Source: a virus (lineage: Duplodnaviria; Heunggongvirae; Uroviricota; Caudoviricetes). Taken from it: a stretch of DNA of 64,000 nt. Both the position numbers and the translations under genes were made by a program. The stretch lies in the IMG/VR virus record IMGVR_UViG_3300013936_000289, positions 152,064-216,063 of that record. One strand, written 5' to 3'. Shown piece after piece: positions 1 to 10,685 of the stretch. The notes beneath the pieces are model-generated. The model saw only the letters and a program-made list of their open reading frames with translations. It did no database searches and was not told the origin of the DNA. How positions within the stretch are numbered: position 1 is the stretch's first letter; each line of letters begins with the position of its first letter.

Positions 1-904
1 TTGTAGTAGTTTCAGAATTATATTTATACTTTCCAATAGATGTTACATCACCATCTATAACATTTCCCCAATTTATAATACTATGTAAACTATCATTACT
101 ATATACATAATCATTTGCGTTAACTGTCGCTTCAAAACCACCATAGTATATATATACAGTACTATTATCATTAACAGGAACAAGTGTATTTTCATTTTTA
201 TACATTTTTATTGGAAATTTTATAATACTTGATATAGTATTATTATCAAAATTTTTCCCTCCTATGTATGTTAATGTCCCATTATCTACTAATTTTTTTA
301 TTGAAGTCGTTGCATTAAATATACTTGTTAAATCTTTATTATTAGTTACATGATATATTATATTACCTGTATCTTTCCATGTTTCATAACTTATATATGC
401 ATCAGGATCTTCTGAATCAATACCTAATGAAAATCTATATAAAGTTGTATCATTATTTGTTGATGTTATAATATTGGAATAAGGTGTTTTAAAAAATACC
501 CAATATCTTAAATATACATATATATTATTATCTTCTTCCGCAGGATCCTACAATATTTTAAATAATTCGGTATCTTTATATTTAAATGTTATAAGTCTCT
601 AACTTCCCGTAGAGTTTTTAGATAATGTATAAGTAATAATACCTGTTTTATTTGTAGTATCAGTTGTATTTTTTTTTATTGTTGCACTACATCCAGTAGT
701 ATCACTTGTAATCTATATATTAAAATCTGCACTAGTTAATTCTCGCCAAGACCTATTTGAATCAGAATCAGTTTTTGGTTTTTTAATACCAAAATATATA
801 GTTTTACTAGGTGAACGCTAACTTAATTCACTACTTACTGCTTCTCCTTCTTCTTCTTCAAATTGTGGTATAGATATACTTGATCCGTATCTTTTATATC
901 CCAT
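1..904 (-). CDS. BACON-like/Ig-like repeat putative structural protein (TAG=Gln; 3' end runs off the window)
   Basis: Manual translation from ATG at 904 has no TAA/TGA and several in-frame TAG. The segment SDTTGCSATIKK..TGIITYTLSKNSTGSQRLITFKYKDTELFKILQ resembles a BACON domain and a segment of the 22772-23803 protein. Confidence 0.6.
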
Positions 905-1031
905 ATTAACTAAAATTATTCTTAATTTTACATTATTTATTTTATAAAAATAGAGAATGCAATATTCATAAATTACAAAATATTACATTCTCTATTAACA
1001 TATCTTAACTTATTAATAACCAATTCTTTAA

Positions 1032-1769
1032 TTACCAACCTGTTTCGAAAAAATCTGCTTGACGTAAATTAGTCCAATATTCTTTACAATCATTTATATC
1101 ATTATTTGCTTCTTCTGAATATGTTCCTGTATTTACAGTTACACCTCCAATTGCAGTCACTGTAAATGTTCCTAATTTTTTCACAACCTATAACTTACAT
1201 TTAGCTGCAATCCATTGTCTTACCCAAGGATCTTCAAATAATTCCTGTTCATCTACCTTTACAGCTACTTCACAATAAACATCATTATATGGATCATGTC
1301 CCATCACAAATAACTAATGTGTAAGTCTATTCCACTTATGCTTTATATCAACTAAATTAAACTATTTTAACTAATCCCAATTAGACCACTATATAGTCCT
1401 AAACATCACAGTGTCCATCGCCATCTACGGACCCATCCACATATCTGTCTAAAACATACGGTTCCATGATAGATCTGGGTCGTTCACACCATACATATAA
1501 TTTCTCCTTTTCATCTCTTCCAATTTAACTACAGATAAAACGCAATCAGGAAATTTTATAGTTCTAGTTTTCCTAAATTCTTGAGAATAAAATACATCTC
1601 GTGGGATTATATATTTATCATAACGCACGCTATCATTATCCAATTCATAAACCATTCTTAGTTCTCTATCTACAAGTCTTTCATATTCACGGTCCGATAA
1701 AGAAATATTTATAGTATTACTCATTGTTATTTCTGATTTTAACCATTCAATAAATTCAGATCTAGTCAT
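1032..1769 (-). CDS. T4 gp13-like neck protein (245 aa, TAG=Gln)
   Basis: The ORF-track 106 aa piece reads through TAG at 1449 to TAA at 1032. The C-terminus DPWVRQWIAAKCKLQVVKKLGTFTVTAIGGVTVNTGTYSEEA matches the gp13-type W-x-K/R...GGVT-x-N pattern. Confidence 0.7.
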
Positions 1770-1875
1770 TCTTTATTATATACATATTTTTAATATTTAT
1801 TTTATTAAATATAGAAAAAGCGGATATATTTCATATACATGAATATACCCACTTTATAATTTATTTAGTTATTAT

Positions 1876-2361
1876 TTAAAACATCTTTGCTTTAACAAGT
1901 TTTGCAACCATTCCACCATCAACTGCTTTAAATGATGAACGAACAAAACCGATAACCTTACCCATTTCTTTTTGAGAATAATTTCCATTATCAGAAATAT
2001 ACTTATCAATTACTGAATTTACTTCATCTTCTGATGCCATCTTTGGAAGCAAATCCTTAATATAGTTCATCTGATGCGTAAATTCCTCAACTTCATCCAA
2101 ATGACTATTTGTTTTCTGTCGAATCTCAATATCACCTTGAAGTTCCTTTACCATCTTATTAAGAATCTGCATTTCAGATTTTTCATCCAATACTGGATAA
2201 TTATCATTTTTATCCTTATCACCTGTTTTATACTCAAGAAGACGAGCCTTAACCAACTTATAAGTATTAAGTTTTTCTTTCTCACGCGCCTTCATTGCAT
2301 TTTTGATAAGAATATCATACTTCTCAATAATCTCATTAACCTCTTGTTTATTATTTTCCAT
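1876..2361 (-). CDS. GatB/YqeY domain protein
   Basis: IKNAMKAREKEKL, LLP, KEMGKVIG and VDGGMVAKLVK motifs. Confidence 0.85.
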   Translation of the reverse strand: MENNKQEVNEIIEKYDILIKNAMKAREKEKLNTYKLVKARLLEYKTGDKDKNDNYPVLDEKSEMQILNKMVKELQGDIEIRQKTNSHLDEVEEFTHQMNYIKDLLPKMASEDEVNSVIDKYISDNGNYSQKEMGKVIGFVRSSFKAVDGGMVAKLVKAKMF

Positions 2362-2386
2362 TTTTCTATTATTATTTAAATGTGAA

Positions 2387-2563
2387 TCAATAATTAACTT
2401 TTACACTCTTTTGTCCAATAATAATATAGACGATAACTGCAATATATGTAAACAAAAGTCCACAAATTAATGCAGTAGTTGTTCCTCGATTATTTGCCTT
2501 TGCAATATAATAACAAAGAATCATACAAATAATCATAGATAATACACATGAACCAATCAACAT
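2387..2563 (-). CDS. small membrane protein (58 aa)
   Basis: Manual ORF MLIGSCVLSMIIC.. with two hydrophobic stretches; below the ORF-track cutoff. Confidence 0.5.
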   Translation of the reverse strand: MLIGSCVLSMIICMILCYYIAKANNRGTTTALICGLLFTYIAVIVYIIIGQKSVKVNY

Positions 2564-2642
2564 ACTTTTATTTATTTAATTTTATTATTTAAATATTATC
2601 TTTTATTTTAATATTTTGTTTATTTTTAATTTATATAATAAC

Positions 2643-2843
2643 TTAATCATGTATATGTTCTTTTATAATAGATACCATTTTTTTATAATATCCATCTTCT
2701 TTTGACATATCTGTACATATATCAGAAAGATAAGTTCTTTTTGCAGTAATAGTTTTTAATACTAATTCATGAATTTTAAGATTTATCTCTTCATTTGTTA
2801 ATTCATGTTTTATATTATTATCTTTATTTTTAAATCGTATCAT
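2643..2843 (-). CDS. hypothetical protein
   Basis: ORF in a co-oriented run; start moved to MIRFK to avoid overlap. Confidence 0.5.
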   Translation of the reverse strand: MIRFKNKDNNIKHELTNEEINLKIHELVLKTITAKRTYLSDICTDMSKEDGYYKKMVSIIKEHIHD

Positions 2844-2847
2844 ATCA

Positions 2848-3048
2848 TTATTCAAATACATGTTCACAAATCCAATTATAAATTTCATTAAATCTTGGGA
2901 AAACGTTATTAGTACCATACATAGAATCTTTCAACTCTTTATTACTGTAATTTTTAAACCTATTTTCTATAAGATTTTCAATAATACGAAGTTTTATTTC
3001 TTCTTTTGAATATTTACATTTATCTATATTTCTAAAACATATACTCAT
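2848..3048 (-). CDS. hypothetical protein
   Basis: ORF in a co-oriented run. Confidence 0.5.
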   Translation of the reverse strand: MSICFRNIDKCKYSKEEIKLRIIENLIENRFKNYSNKELKDSMYGTNNVFPRFNEIYNWICEHVFE

Positions 3049-3062
3049 ATTTATATATATAT

Positions 3063-3989
3063 TTACTTAAATAGTTTACATAAAAAATAAGATATTCCTG
3101 CACATATTCCTGTTAAACAAACAGCAAAAGGAAATCCATATGTCCATGTTTCTATTCCATTATTTAAATTCATTCCATAAAATCCTGGAATAAGTGCTGC
3201 GACCATTAAACATATGGTTATAATTGTCATCTTCTTCATTGTCTGATTAAGACTATTATTAATAATAGAAGAATAAGACGCTTGTTCTCTTTCGAGAATA
3301 TCACTATATATTTGAGATGTATGTAATGCCTGACTTAACTCTACTTCTACGTCATCCATTAAATCTTCATCATATAATTTAGATGAAATAAATCTTTTTG
3401 CACGAATTAAAACAGATTCATTATCTTTAAGTGAAGCAGTGAAATATACCAAGAATTTTTCAATATTCATTATATGCATTAGTTCATTCTTATTCATTTT
3501 ATCACTTAAAGATGATTCTGCTTTTTTCATCTGAATATGAATTTGTTTAAGATACTTAAGAAACCAAAAATTAGATTCAAGAAATATACTTATATAAAGA
3601 TTATATCCTATTCTATCATTAATCTTTTTCTGATTACTCCAATTAATGAAATTTGATATAACATTATTTTGTCCATAATATGCTGTAATAAAAATATTAT
3701 CCTTTATCATCATACCAACCGGTATTGTAGTATATATAGGGTCTTGATTTTCTTCCGTTCTACTTCTATTAGGAACACGAATAATAGTTAATATCCAACC
3801 ATTATCTCTATCAAATCTAGATCTCTCTTCAATATCTGATATATCATCAAAAAAGTAATCAGGAGTATTGAAATGCGATACTAATTCTGATATATCATCT
3901 TTTGTTGGATTCACAACATTAATCCAACAATTTGATTCCCAATTTTCAATTTCTTTAAAACCATTATCACATTTCAAATACTGTATCAT
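3063..3989 (-). CDS. corA: CorA-family Mg2+/Co2+ transporter
   Basis: 308 aa; WINVVNPT N-terminus, NQTMKKMTIITI, GFYGMN signature and two C-terminal transmembrane helices. Confidence 0.93.
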   Translation of the reverse strand: MIQYLKCDNGFKEIENWESNCWINVVNPTKDDISELVSHFNTPDYFFDDISDIEERSRFDRDNGWILTIIRVPNRSRTEENQDPIYTTIPVGMMIKDNIFITAYYGQNNVISNFINWSNQKKINDRIGYNLYISIFLESNFWFLKYLKQIHIQMKKAESSLSDKMNKNELMHIMNIEKFLVYFTASLKDNESVLIRAKRFISSKLYDEDLMDDVEVELSQALHTSQIYSDILEREQASYSSIINNSLNQTMKKMTIITICLMVAALIPGFYGMNLNNGIETWTYGFPFAVCLTGICAGISYFLCKLFK

Positions 3990-3994
3990 TTCTA

Positions 3995-4657
3995 TTACTT
4001 CTTATGTTTATTAACTAATGTTTCTCTTTCAATTTGCAATTTAACTTGCTTTACTTTCATCTTTGCATAATATGTAAGAAGTTCAGCATATCTATCTTGA
4101 ATAGATTTCATTTCGTTCTTACAAGATGTTCGTTGATTCTTGATATTTTCAATTTCATCATCAAGTTCCTTCAACTTTGTTTGATATACATAATTATCCG
4201 CATGTTCATCACATCCTTCAAAATATGGTATCTTATTAATTTCTGTAAGATACATTGCACCTTCCATTTGATTCTTTGTAAAAATATCATCATCTTCTGG
4301 ATAAATCTTCACAAGCTTACCTCCAAGCATATCTTCATTCTTAATCCACATTGCAAAATTATGAAGACCGTTATCATCACGCCACATAATAAGTTTATGC
4401 AATTTATTATCTGCTACACCATAACCATAATTCAATGTATCAAATGATGGTTCTGTCATTACTAGTGAACGCCTATTTGGATCATTGAAAAATGATGTAA
4501 GCATTTGTTTCTGTTCACCCATATATGTCTTATCCTTTGAATAAAACTTCAAAAGTCTATTAACAATATCTTCTACTGTCATTACATTCTCCTGAAATTC
4601 CTTCATATCTTTAGAACTAATAGAAACTCCTTTATTATCAAAATTAAATTTTATCAT
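3995..4657 (-). CDS. hypothetical protein with C-terminal coiled coil
   Basis: 220 aa ORF. Confidence 0.7.
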   Translation of the reverse strand: MIKFNFDNKGVSISSKDMKEFQENVMTVEDIVNRLLKFYSKDKTYMGEQKQMLTSFFNDPNRRSLVMTEPSFDTLNYGYGVADNKLHKLIMWRDDNGLHNFAMWIKNEDMLGGKLVKIYPEDDDIFTKNQMEGAMYLTEINKIPYFEGCDEHADNYVYQTKLKELDDEIENIKNQRTSCKNEMKSIQDRYAELLTYYAKMKVKQVKLQIERETLVNKHKK

Positions 4658-4874
4658 ATCCTAACTGCTTAATATATTTTACTAATCGTTCTTGATCATC
4701 TGGATCAATATTAAAATCATAATCTTCATTTATTCCATTTAATCTTGCTTTATATATTTTTCCTCCTGTACAATTATCATCATAACGAGCTATTTTTATA
4801 ATATCTTCTATACAAAACATAGATTTATATTTAGTTATAAAGAAATGTTTATGTTGTTTCTTAAATTTTAGCAT
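4644..4874 (-). CDS. hypothetical protein
   Basis: 76 aa ORF overlapping its neighbours. Confidence 0.6.
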   Translation of the reverse strand: MLKFKKQHKHFFITKYKSMFCIEDIIKIARYDDNCTGGKIYKARLNGINEDYDFNIDPDDQERLVKYIKQLGYDKI

Positions 4875-5349
4875 TTAAATTTATTGTTAAAAAATCATAA
4901 AATGTATATTCTTGTATATTATCTATTTCACCTTCATCTAATATAACAAAAGATAATCCTCTACTTTCTATTAAATTTTCATATGCAATATATTTTATAT
5001 TATTATAAAGTAAGAAGTCTCTAACATCTCTTTCAGACTCACATGTATATAAATCATTTAATGATATATTAGGAAATTCTGATATTAACTTATTTGATAG
5101 TTCTGTAATAATATCATCTAAAAAATTATCAGAATATCTAAATTTATCTTCTATATAAATTGTATTATCATGCGTTGGATATATATCAGATACATAAATA
5201 TATGTAGTTTCCCAATCAAATTTATCATTATGTCTTTTAGGGTCTGTAATATCTATTGCTTGACAAATATTTCCGCAATGCCAACCTAAATGACATTTAT
5301 CTATATCAATATAATCTATTCGTTGTGAACTACCATGAAATACTAACAT
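4861..5349 (-). CDS. hypothetical protein, possible ADP-ribosyltransferase-like fold
   Basis: N-terminal VFHGS..G-W-H-C-G..QA and late YENLIE..S pattern; the fold guess is weak. Confidence 0.4.
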   Translation of the reverse strand: MLVFHGSSQRIDYIDIDKCHLGWHCGNICQAIDITDPKRHNDKFDWETTYIYVSDIYPTHDNTIYIEDKFRYSDNFLDDIITELSNKLISEFPNISLNDLYTCESERDVRDFLLYNNIKYIAYENLIESRGLSFVILDEGEIDNIQEYTFYDFLTINLNAKI

Positions 5350-5363
5350 AATTTTATTATAAT

Positions 5364-6086
5364 TTAATCAATATAAATAAAATCACCTGTACTTTTATCT
5401 AGAACTATAGCTTTAACAGGATCATTATAATCATTACGTTTCGCTTTAAATATTACATGATTATCTGTTTCAATTTTATCACCATAATCATATTCAATTA
5501 TTCTACCTGTTTCTAAAGAAATAATTTTATATTCACCATTTGGTGAATAATATTTCTCATATACAATATATCCTCTATTATACTTAGGTATTTCAATAAA
5601 CGATACTTCTTTACCTGATTTAAGATTAACAATAACATCTGTTTTCTTTAAATATTTCTCACCAACCTTTCGTTTTTTTCCTCTATAATGATAACGCTCA
5701 TATTCATCATTATACTTATCAACTTCTTCTTTTGTATATGACGCTATATCACATTTAGTGAAAAATTCAAAATAATGTTTCTTCTTATTATAATCCTTTA
5801 TCTTTGAATATAAATAATCATAAGAATCGAATCTACAAAAATAAACAGAATCATTTATAATTTTTCCATCAATACAAATATGCATAAAAAAACAAGTATT
5901 CTTATCATATTCATATTCAAGATATTCCTTAAACTTATTATAAGTATCAGAATTAACTGGGTGTAGTGTAAAATGAGAATTACATATAATATTATTTTTC
6001 TCTTCAACTGATGGACCTAAGAAATTATTCAATAATTTCATATATTCTTCATAATCAAATGGATCTGTAAAATCATAAGTATTCAT
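5364..6086 (-). CDS. hypothetical protein
   Basis: 240 aa ORF. Confidence 0.7.
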   Translation of the reverse strand: MNTYDFTDPFDYEEYMKLLNNFLGPSVEEKNNIICNSHFTLHPVNSDTYNKFKEYLEYEYDKNTCFFMHICIDGKIINDSVYFCRFDSYDYLYSKIKDYNKKKHYFEFFTKCDIASYTKEEVDKYNDEYERYHYRGKKRKVGEKYLKKTDVIVNLKSGKEVSFIEIPKYNRGYIVYEKYYSPNGEYKIISLETGRIIEYDYGDKIETDNHVIFKAKRNDYNDPVKAIVLDKSTGDFIYID

Positions 6087-6088
6087 AA

Positions 6089-6553
6089 TTATTTCTTTTT
6101 CTTCTTGTTAAAAATCTTACAAACTGTATCTATCTTAATAGGATTAATATCAATCCAGTTACAAATCTTATTACTATCAACAGGTTTATTTGTATCAGGA
6201 TTTAATACACATGTAATATGTGGTTGTTTATTCTTAATCAACATAGATACTACTTCTGTTTTCTTAATTCTAAACGCAAATACATTTTCATATCTACCAA
6301 TTCCATCTACCGTTAAATACATATGTGTATCAGGCGGAGTATCCTTCAAATAATTAATGATATTTTCTGATTTTGCATCATCAAAATTTCCATCATTAAA
6401 TATCATTGTACAGTGATCAATATACACTTTCCAATCTTGTAGATATGAAGCACCATTTTCTACATTCTCACAAAATGCAATTTCAAGTTTCTACTTATCA
6501 TCATCTGATACAAAGAAACCGGCATATATAAATGTTTTAAAATCAACTATCAT
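6089..6553 (-). CDS. 2H phosphoesterase-like protein (154 aa, one TAG=Gln)
   Basis: ATG at 6553 overlaps the end of the nfi ORF; single TAG at 6491-6493; two H-x-T motifs (DHCTM, PHITC) plus KPVDSN. Confidence 0.7.
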
Positions 6554-7163
6554 GTTTATACTCTTTTGTTATTTGATCAATTTTTGTAAACAGTAAACTA
6601 AATTTAGCATCACGTTGAACTTTCTTCATTGCATAAATTTCCTTTACTATTTGTAATTTAACATCATCTTTATATTCCAAAGAAAATGTTATATACATAT
6701 TTTTCTTTGGTAATTTCAAAGATTTATCAAAAGTTTCATATTTTATTATATTGTTATCATATTTAAAATACGTATCTTTATACATCCATTTATAAGGATG
6801 CTTTGCAATTCCAATAATAGGTATATCTATATTATTATCCAATAAATAATCTTTTAGTCTTGCACCTAAACCTTTATGATATGTTATACCATCGTCTTCA
6901 CACATATGAACATATCCATCAACTATTATTGTATCAAGTTTATATCCTTGTTTTTTAATTTCTTTTAATACATCAATAATAGGTGGTAATTCTCTCTTAT
7001 AAAAATTACCTGGTTCATATTCTGCTATATTATCTGTTCTTGTTACTATTACTTTTTCAAAATCTAAATCAGTATAATCTTTAAAAAGTCCCGCTACTGT
7101 ATGAGCATACTCTTTACTAGTTTTATTATCTGTATAATAGTAAACATCTATATAAACTTTCAT
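6543..7163 (-). CDS. nfi: endonuclease V-like protein
   Basis: YIDVYY, YEPGNFYKRELP, IIVDGYV, GLGARL and IIGIAK motifs. Confidence 0.85.
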   Translation of the reverse strand: MKVYIDVYYYTDNKTSKEYAHTVAGLFKDYTDLDFEKVIVTRTDNIAEYEPGNFYKRELPPIIDVLKEIKKQGYKLDTIIVDGYVHMCEDDGITYHKGLGARLKDYLLDNNIDIPIIGIAKHPYKWMYKDTYFKYDNNIIKYETFDKSLKLPKKNMYITFSLEYKDDVKLQIVKEIYAMKKVQRDAKFSLLFTKIDQITKEYKHDS

Positions 7164-7249
7164 CTGTATAGATCAATATCATTTATTATTATAGTAAAAG
7201 AGATAGATAAAGTTTGTTTATTATCTATCTCTTAATATAATTTAGATAT

Positions 7250-7639
7250 TTAACGCCATTCAACAGTTGCGTCTGAATCATATCGCTTTGCTCCATCCTC
7301 ATAATATCCACAGGTATCTATATCGATAGCAAGATGCTTTGTAACTTGTGAACGTACGATAGAAGGTGTTTCTGTTACAACAGTACCTAAAGCTTCTGCA
7401 TGCATCATTTCCTTAATTGCAAGTGCGACCTTATGTTCTGGAGTATTAAGTTGTGCATCACGAGCTTCTATTTCTTGTTCAAGTGCCTTCTGGTTGCCTT
7501 CTAACTGTTGAATCTTTGTACGTTGTGATTCAATAGTCTGAATCATTTCCTTAATTTCTGAACCTAATTGCTCTAAATATGCCTTCTTAATTGCTTTTGA
7601 AAGAAACTCATCTGATTGTAAATCTGTATATGATAACAT
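7250..7639 (-). CDS. hypothetical coiled-coil protein
   Basis: 129 aa ORF with a TATCTTTG promoter upstream. Confidence 0.7.
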   Translation of the reverse strand: MLSYTDLQSDEFLSKAIKKAYLEQLGSEIKEMIQTIESQRTKIQQLEGNQKALEQEIEARDAQLNTPEHKVALAIKEMMHAEALGTVVTETPSIVRSQVTKHLAIDIDTCGYYEDGAKRYDSDATVEWR

Positions 7640-7775
7640 AATCTTATATTTTTAATTGTTCAACTTATTTGTTTATTAACAATACAAAGATACATATTAA
7701 TTTCCTAAATAAAAAATTTAATGAGACTTTTTTCTTATTATTTTATAAAATAATTAGATAAACTATATATAGAAT

Positions 7776-9911
7776 ATGACAAATTATACAACATTAAAAA
7801 ATGAGTTATATGCAGTAAAGCAATATGAACTCAAAGGTATGGATCCATCTGATATGTATATAAGTATACAATCAAATTTATTTAACAGTAATATAGATGA
7901 TATTAAAAATAATTTATCTACTGATGAAATAAAGGAATTACTTCGTATATGTAAGGATTCGTATTATAATTCACAAAGGGAAATACTTAATGATTCTATG
8001 TTTGATGAACTAGAATCATTTGTAGGATTAGAAAATAAAAACTATATTGGCAGTAAAAATACATCTAAACATGTGAATTATACTATTAAACATAGTTTTA
8101 TAATGGGTTCTTTATCAAAAGTACAAATTAAGGAAAATAAAGAAACAAATAATGTAAATTGGCAATATTTTGCAGACGAGTTAAATAAGTATATCAATAA
8201 ATCACATAATACGACTTCCTATGAGACAACACCTAAATTAGATGGATGTTCATTTAGTACAGAATTTACACTAGATAAAAATAATAATGTTGAATTAATT
8301 TCATGTGCCACAAGAGGTGACGGTAATTATGGAACAGATATTAAACATTGGTTTTTACCTAAACTTAATACATGGACATTAATAAATGAATGTTGTCACA
8401 ATATATTAACACCAGGTGATATTTTATGTATTCGTGGTGAAGTATTGGTACCAATATCAGTGTTTAATGAAAATTTTGCTGATAAATTTACAAATCCTAG
8501 ATCATATGTTGCAGGTCTTCTTGGTCGGAAAGTAACTGATATTGATCCAAATTTATTGATAGATAATGATTTACATTTCGTATGTTATGATTATCGTATA
8601 TATAATAAAGATACACAAAAATATACAGAATTATCATGGATGAATCCTACGGATCCTACATATGAAATGTTACAACCATATTTAGGATATATAGGCGAAT
8701 TACCTGAATTACATTTCTGTCAATGTCATACATATAATGGATATATATCAGGAGATGATTTAAAACATATCTATGATGAATATGAAAAATTCAGAAATGA
8801 AAATTCTAAATATGCGTTAGATGGTATTGTATTCAAACCTTCTGCATCATCAAGATTATATAATGAAGATAGAGAAAGACCTCTTGATTGTGTTGCCATG
8901 AAATTCATTCCTATGATTAACACTACAAAAATTATAGATATTGAATGGAATGTAAAAAAAACAGGAGAATATTTTCCTAAAGCTATTATTGAACCTATAT
9001 ACTTGGATGGTAAAGAATTAAAGAAAGCATCATTACATAATTATAATTATATTATCAAGAAACAATGTGGTATTGGTTCAGAAGTAAGAATTTCATTAGC
9101 TGGCGATATTATACCATTTGTTTATGAAATTATTAAGCCTGGTGGAATAAACAATATTAATATTCCTGAGGATACAGAAGTTGTAACTGAATCATCTGGA
9201 ACTATGCATCTTATGAAAGTTTTTAAATCTCATGATGAGTTTAATAAAAATAATTTTTTAGCTTCTGCTACTGCATTAAATATTAACACTATTGGACCTG
9301 CTGTTGCAAATATGTTATGGGATAGTAATCTTCATAATGAAATTCATGATTTACGTAATATTGTATATTTAATGTCAGATGAAAGATTAAAATTAATTAC
9401 AGAATATTTAGGTACAAGTAAATCTATTAAAAATATTGTAGATAACTTAAAAACATATAGAGAACATATTACATTAGAAGATATTATATTAAGTTTTTGC
9501 TTTAAATCATGTGGACATAGAGCATCTTCATTATGTGCTAAAATTATTAGAAATGAAGAGTATTCTACTTTTGGATTTAGTTCTATTGCATATAACTGGG
9601 CATTAGATAAAAATAGTGAAGAATATAATTTAGTTATGAAAGTTGTTAATTTACTTAATATAGATATTACAACAAAAGTAAATAGTAATTCTAGTAATGA
9701 AAATTCTGAAAAAATTAAAATTATTATGACTGGTTCTCCAAAATCTTTTGGATTTAATACAAAAAAAGAGTTTCTAAAAGAACATCCAGAATATGAAGAA
9801 ACTACTATATGGAATGAATGTAAAATTTTATTTACTGATGATTTATGTTCGACATCTAGTAAAATGAAAAAAGCCAATAAATTAGGAATAGAAATTAAAA
9901 CATATGAATAA
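7776..9911 (+). CDS. ligA: NAD-dependent DNA ligase
   Basis: YYN..SD..FD, H..MGSL, KLDG adenylation motif, TRGDG, RGE, DGIV, A-x-KF, OB fold, HhH region and C-terminal BRCT-like domain. Confidence 0.95.
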   Translation: MTNYTTLKNELYAVKQYELKGMDPSDMYISIQSNLFNSNIDDIKNNLSTDEIKELLRICKDSYYNSQREILNDSMFDELESFVGLENKNYIGSKNTSKHVNYTIKHSFIMGSLSKVQIKENKETNNVNWQYFADELNKYINKSHNTTSYETTPKLDGCSFSTEFTLDKNNNVELISCATRGDGNYGTDIKHWFLPKLNTWTLINECCHNILTPGDILCIRGEVLVPISVFNENFADKFTNPRSYVAGLLGRKVTDIDPNLLIDNDLHFVCYDYRIYNKDTQKYTELSWMNPTDPTYEMLQPYLGYIGELPELHFCQCHTYNGYISGDDLKHIYDEYEKFRNENSKYALDGIVFKPSASSRLYNEDRERPLDCVAMKFIPMINTTKIIDIEWNVKKTGEYFPKAIIEPIYLDGKELKKASLHNYNYIIKKQCGIGSEVRISLAGDIIPFVYEIIKPGGINNINIPEDTEVVTESSGTMHLMKVFKSHDEFNKNNFLASATALNINTIGPAVANMLWDSNLHNEIHDLRNIVYLMSDERLKLITEYLGTSKSIKNIVDNLKTYREHITLEDIILSFCFKSCGHRASSLCAKIIRNEEYSTFGFSSIAYNWALDKNSEEYNLVMKVVNLLNIDITTKVNSNSSNENSEKIKIIMTGSPKSFGFNTKKEFLKEHPEYEETTIWNECKILFTDDLCSTSSKMKKANKLGIEIKTYE

Positions 9912-9913
9912 AG

Positions 9914-9950
9914 AAAAAGAGAGTTAAGATTCGTTTCTTAACTCTCTTTT
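9914..9950. terminator. bidirectional intrinsic terminator between convergent genes
   Basis: aaaaagagagttaaga / tcttaactctcttttt stem. Confidence 0.8.
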
Positions 9951-9955
9951 ATTAT

Positions 9956-10159
9956 TTAATAAAAATTATCATATTCATCATCTGCTTGTCTAGATAAAAG
10001 ACTATATTCATAATCATTTATTTCATTTATTTCATCTTTTGATAGATGACTCATGATAGACCATTCATAATCTTTCATCACATCTTCTTCCTCATCAGTA
10101 AAATGATTATTATGTTCATAATAATCATAATCCGTATTACCATCTTGAAATATTTTCAT
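9956..10159 (-). CDS. acidic hypothetical protein
   Basis: 67 aa ORF. Confidence 0.55.
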   Translation of the reverse strand: MKIFQDGNTDYDYYEHNNHFTDEEEDVMKDYEWSIMSHLSKDEINEINDYEYSLLSRQADDEYDNFY

Positions 10160-10674
10160 GATAACATACTATGTAAATTTTTAAAAAGTTCTTCTGCGCT
10201 TTCTTTTGATTCTTTTATTTCTCTAACAGATTTAACAAGTTCATCTATATTAGGTACATTATTTTTTGATTTAACATTTACTTTTTCACCTGTTATTTGT
10301 TCAATAATTTCATTTAAACATGTTTGAACAATATCATTATCTATATATTTTTCTCTCTGTTTACTTATAATATTTTCTAATGTATTTATATCAACAGGTA
10401 AATATTCTTTTTCAAAATCTGATTTAGGAATTTTACAATATACATATCCAAATTTGGCACCAGCTTTTTTTAAACCGTATTTCATATCAAGAATACCAGC
10501 AAAATCTCTATATATAGGAGATATTTTCTTAATATCAATAATAATATAATCTTCACTGCCTGATAAACAAGATGAAGATGTTTCATATATTTTTCCTTTC
10601 TTCCCAAGATTTGTTCCTGATGATGTAACAGGTTGATAATACAAACCTGTTGGAATATGCTTTACTTTATACAT
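10156..10674 (-). CDS. hypothetical protein
   Basis: 172 aa; YKVKHIPTGLYY N-terminus is typical of small phage proteins. Confidence 0.7.
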   Translation of the reverse strand: MYKVKHIPTGLYYQPVTSSGTNLGKKGKIYETSSSCLSGSEDYIIIDIKKISPIYRDFAGILDMKYGLKKAGAKFGYVYCKIPKSDFEKEYLPVDINTLENIISKQREKYIDNDIVQTCLNEIIEQITGEKVNVKSKNNVPNIDELVKSVREIKESKESAEELFKNLHSMLS

Positions 10675-10685
10675 ACGCTTTAATT

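Noticed and set aside
9344-9877. 177-aa antisense ORF inside ligA, and other opposite-strand track ORFs (e.g. 2074-2379, 4034-4447, 16742-17134, 17082-17390, 55926-56333)
   Set aside because: Shadow frames of well-supported genes, with composition typical of antisense translation.
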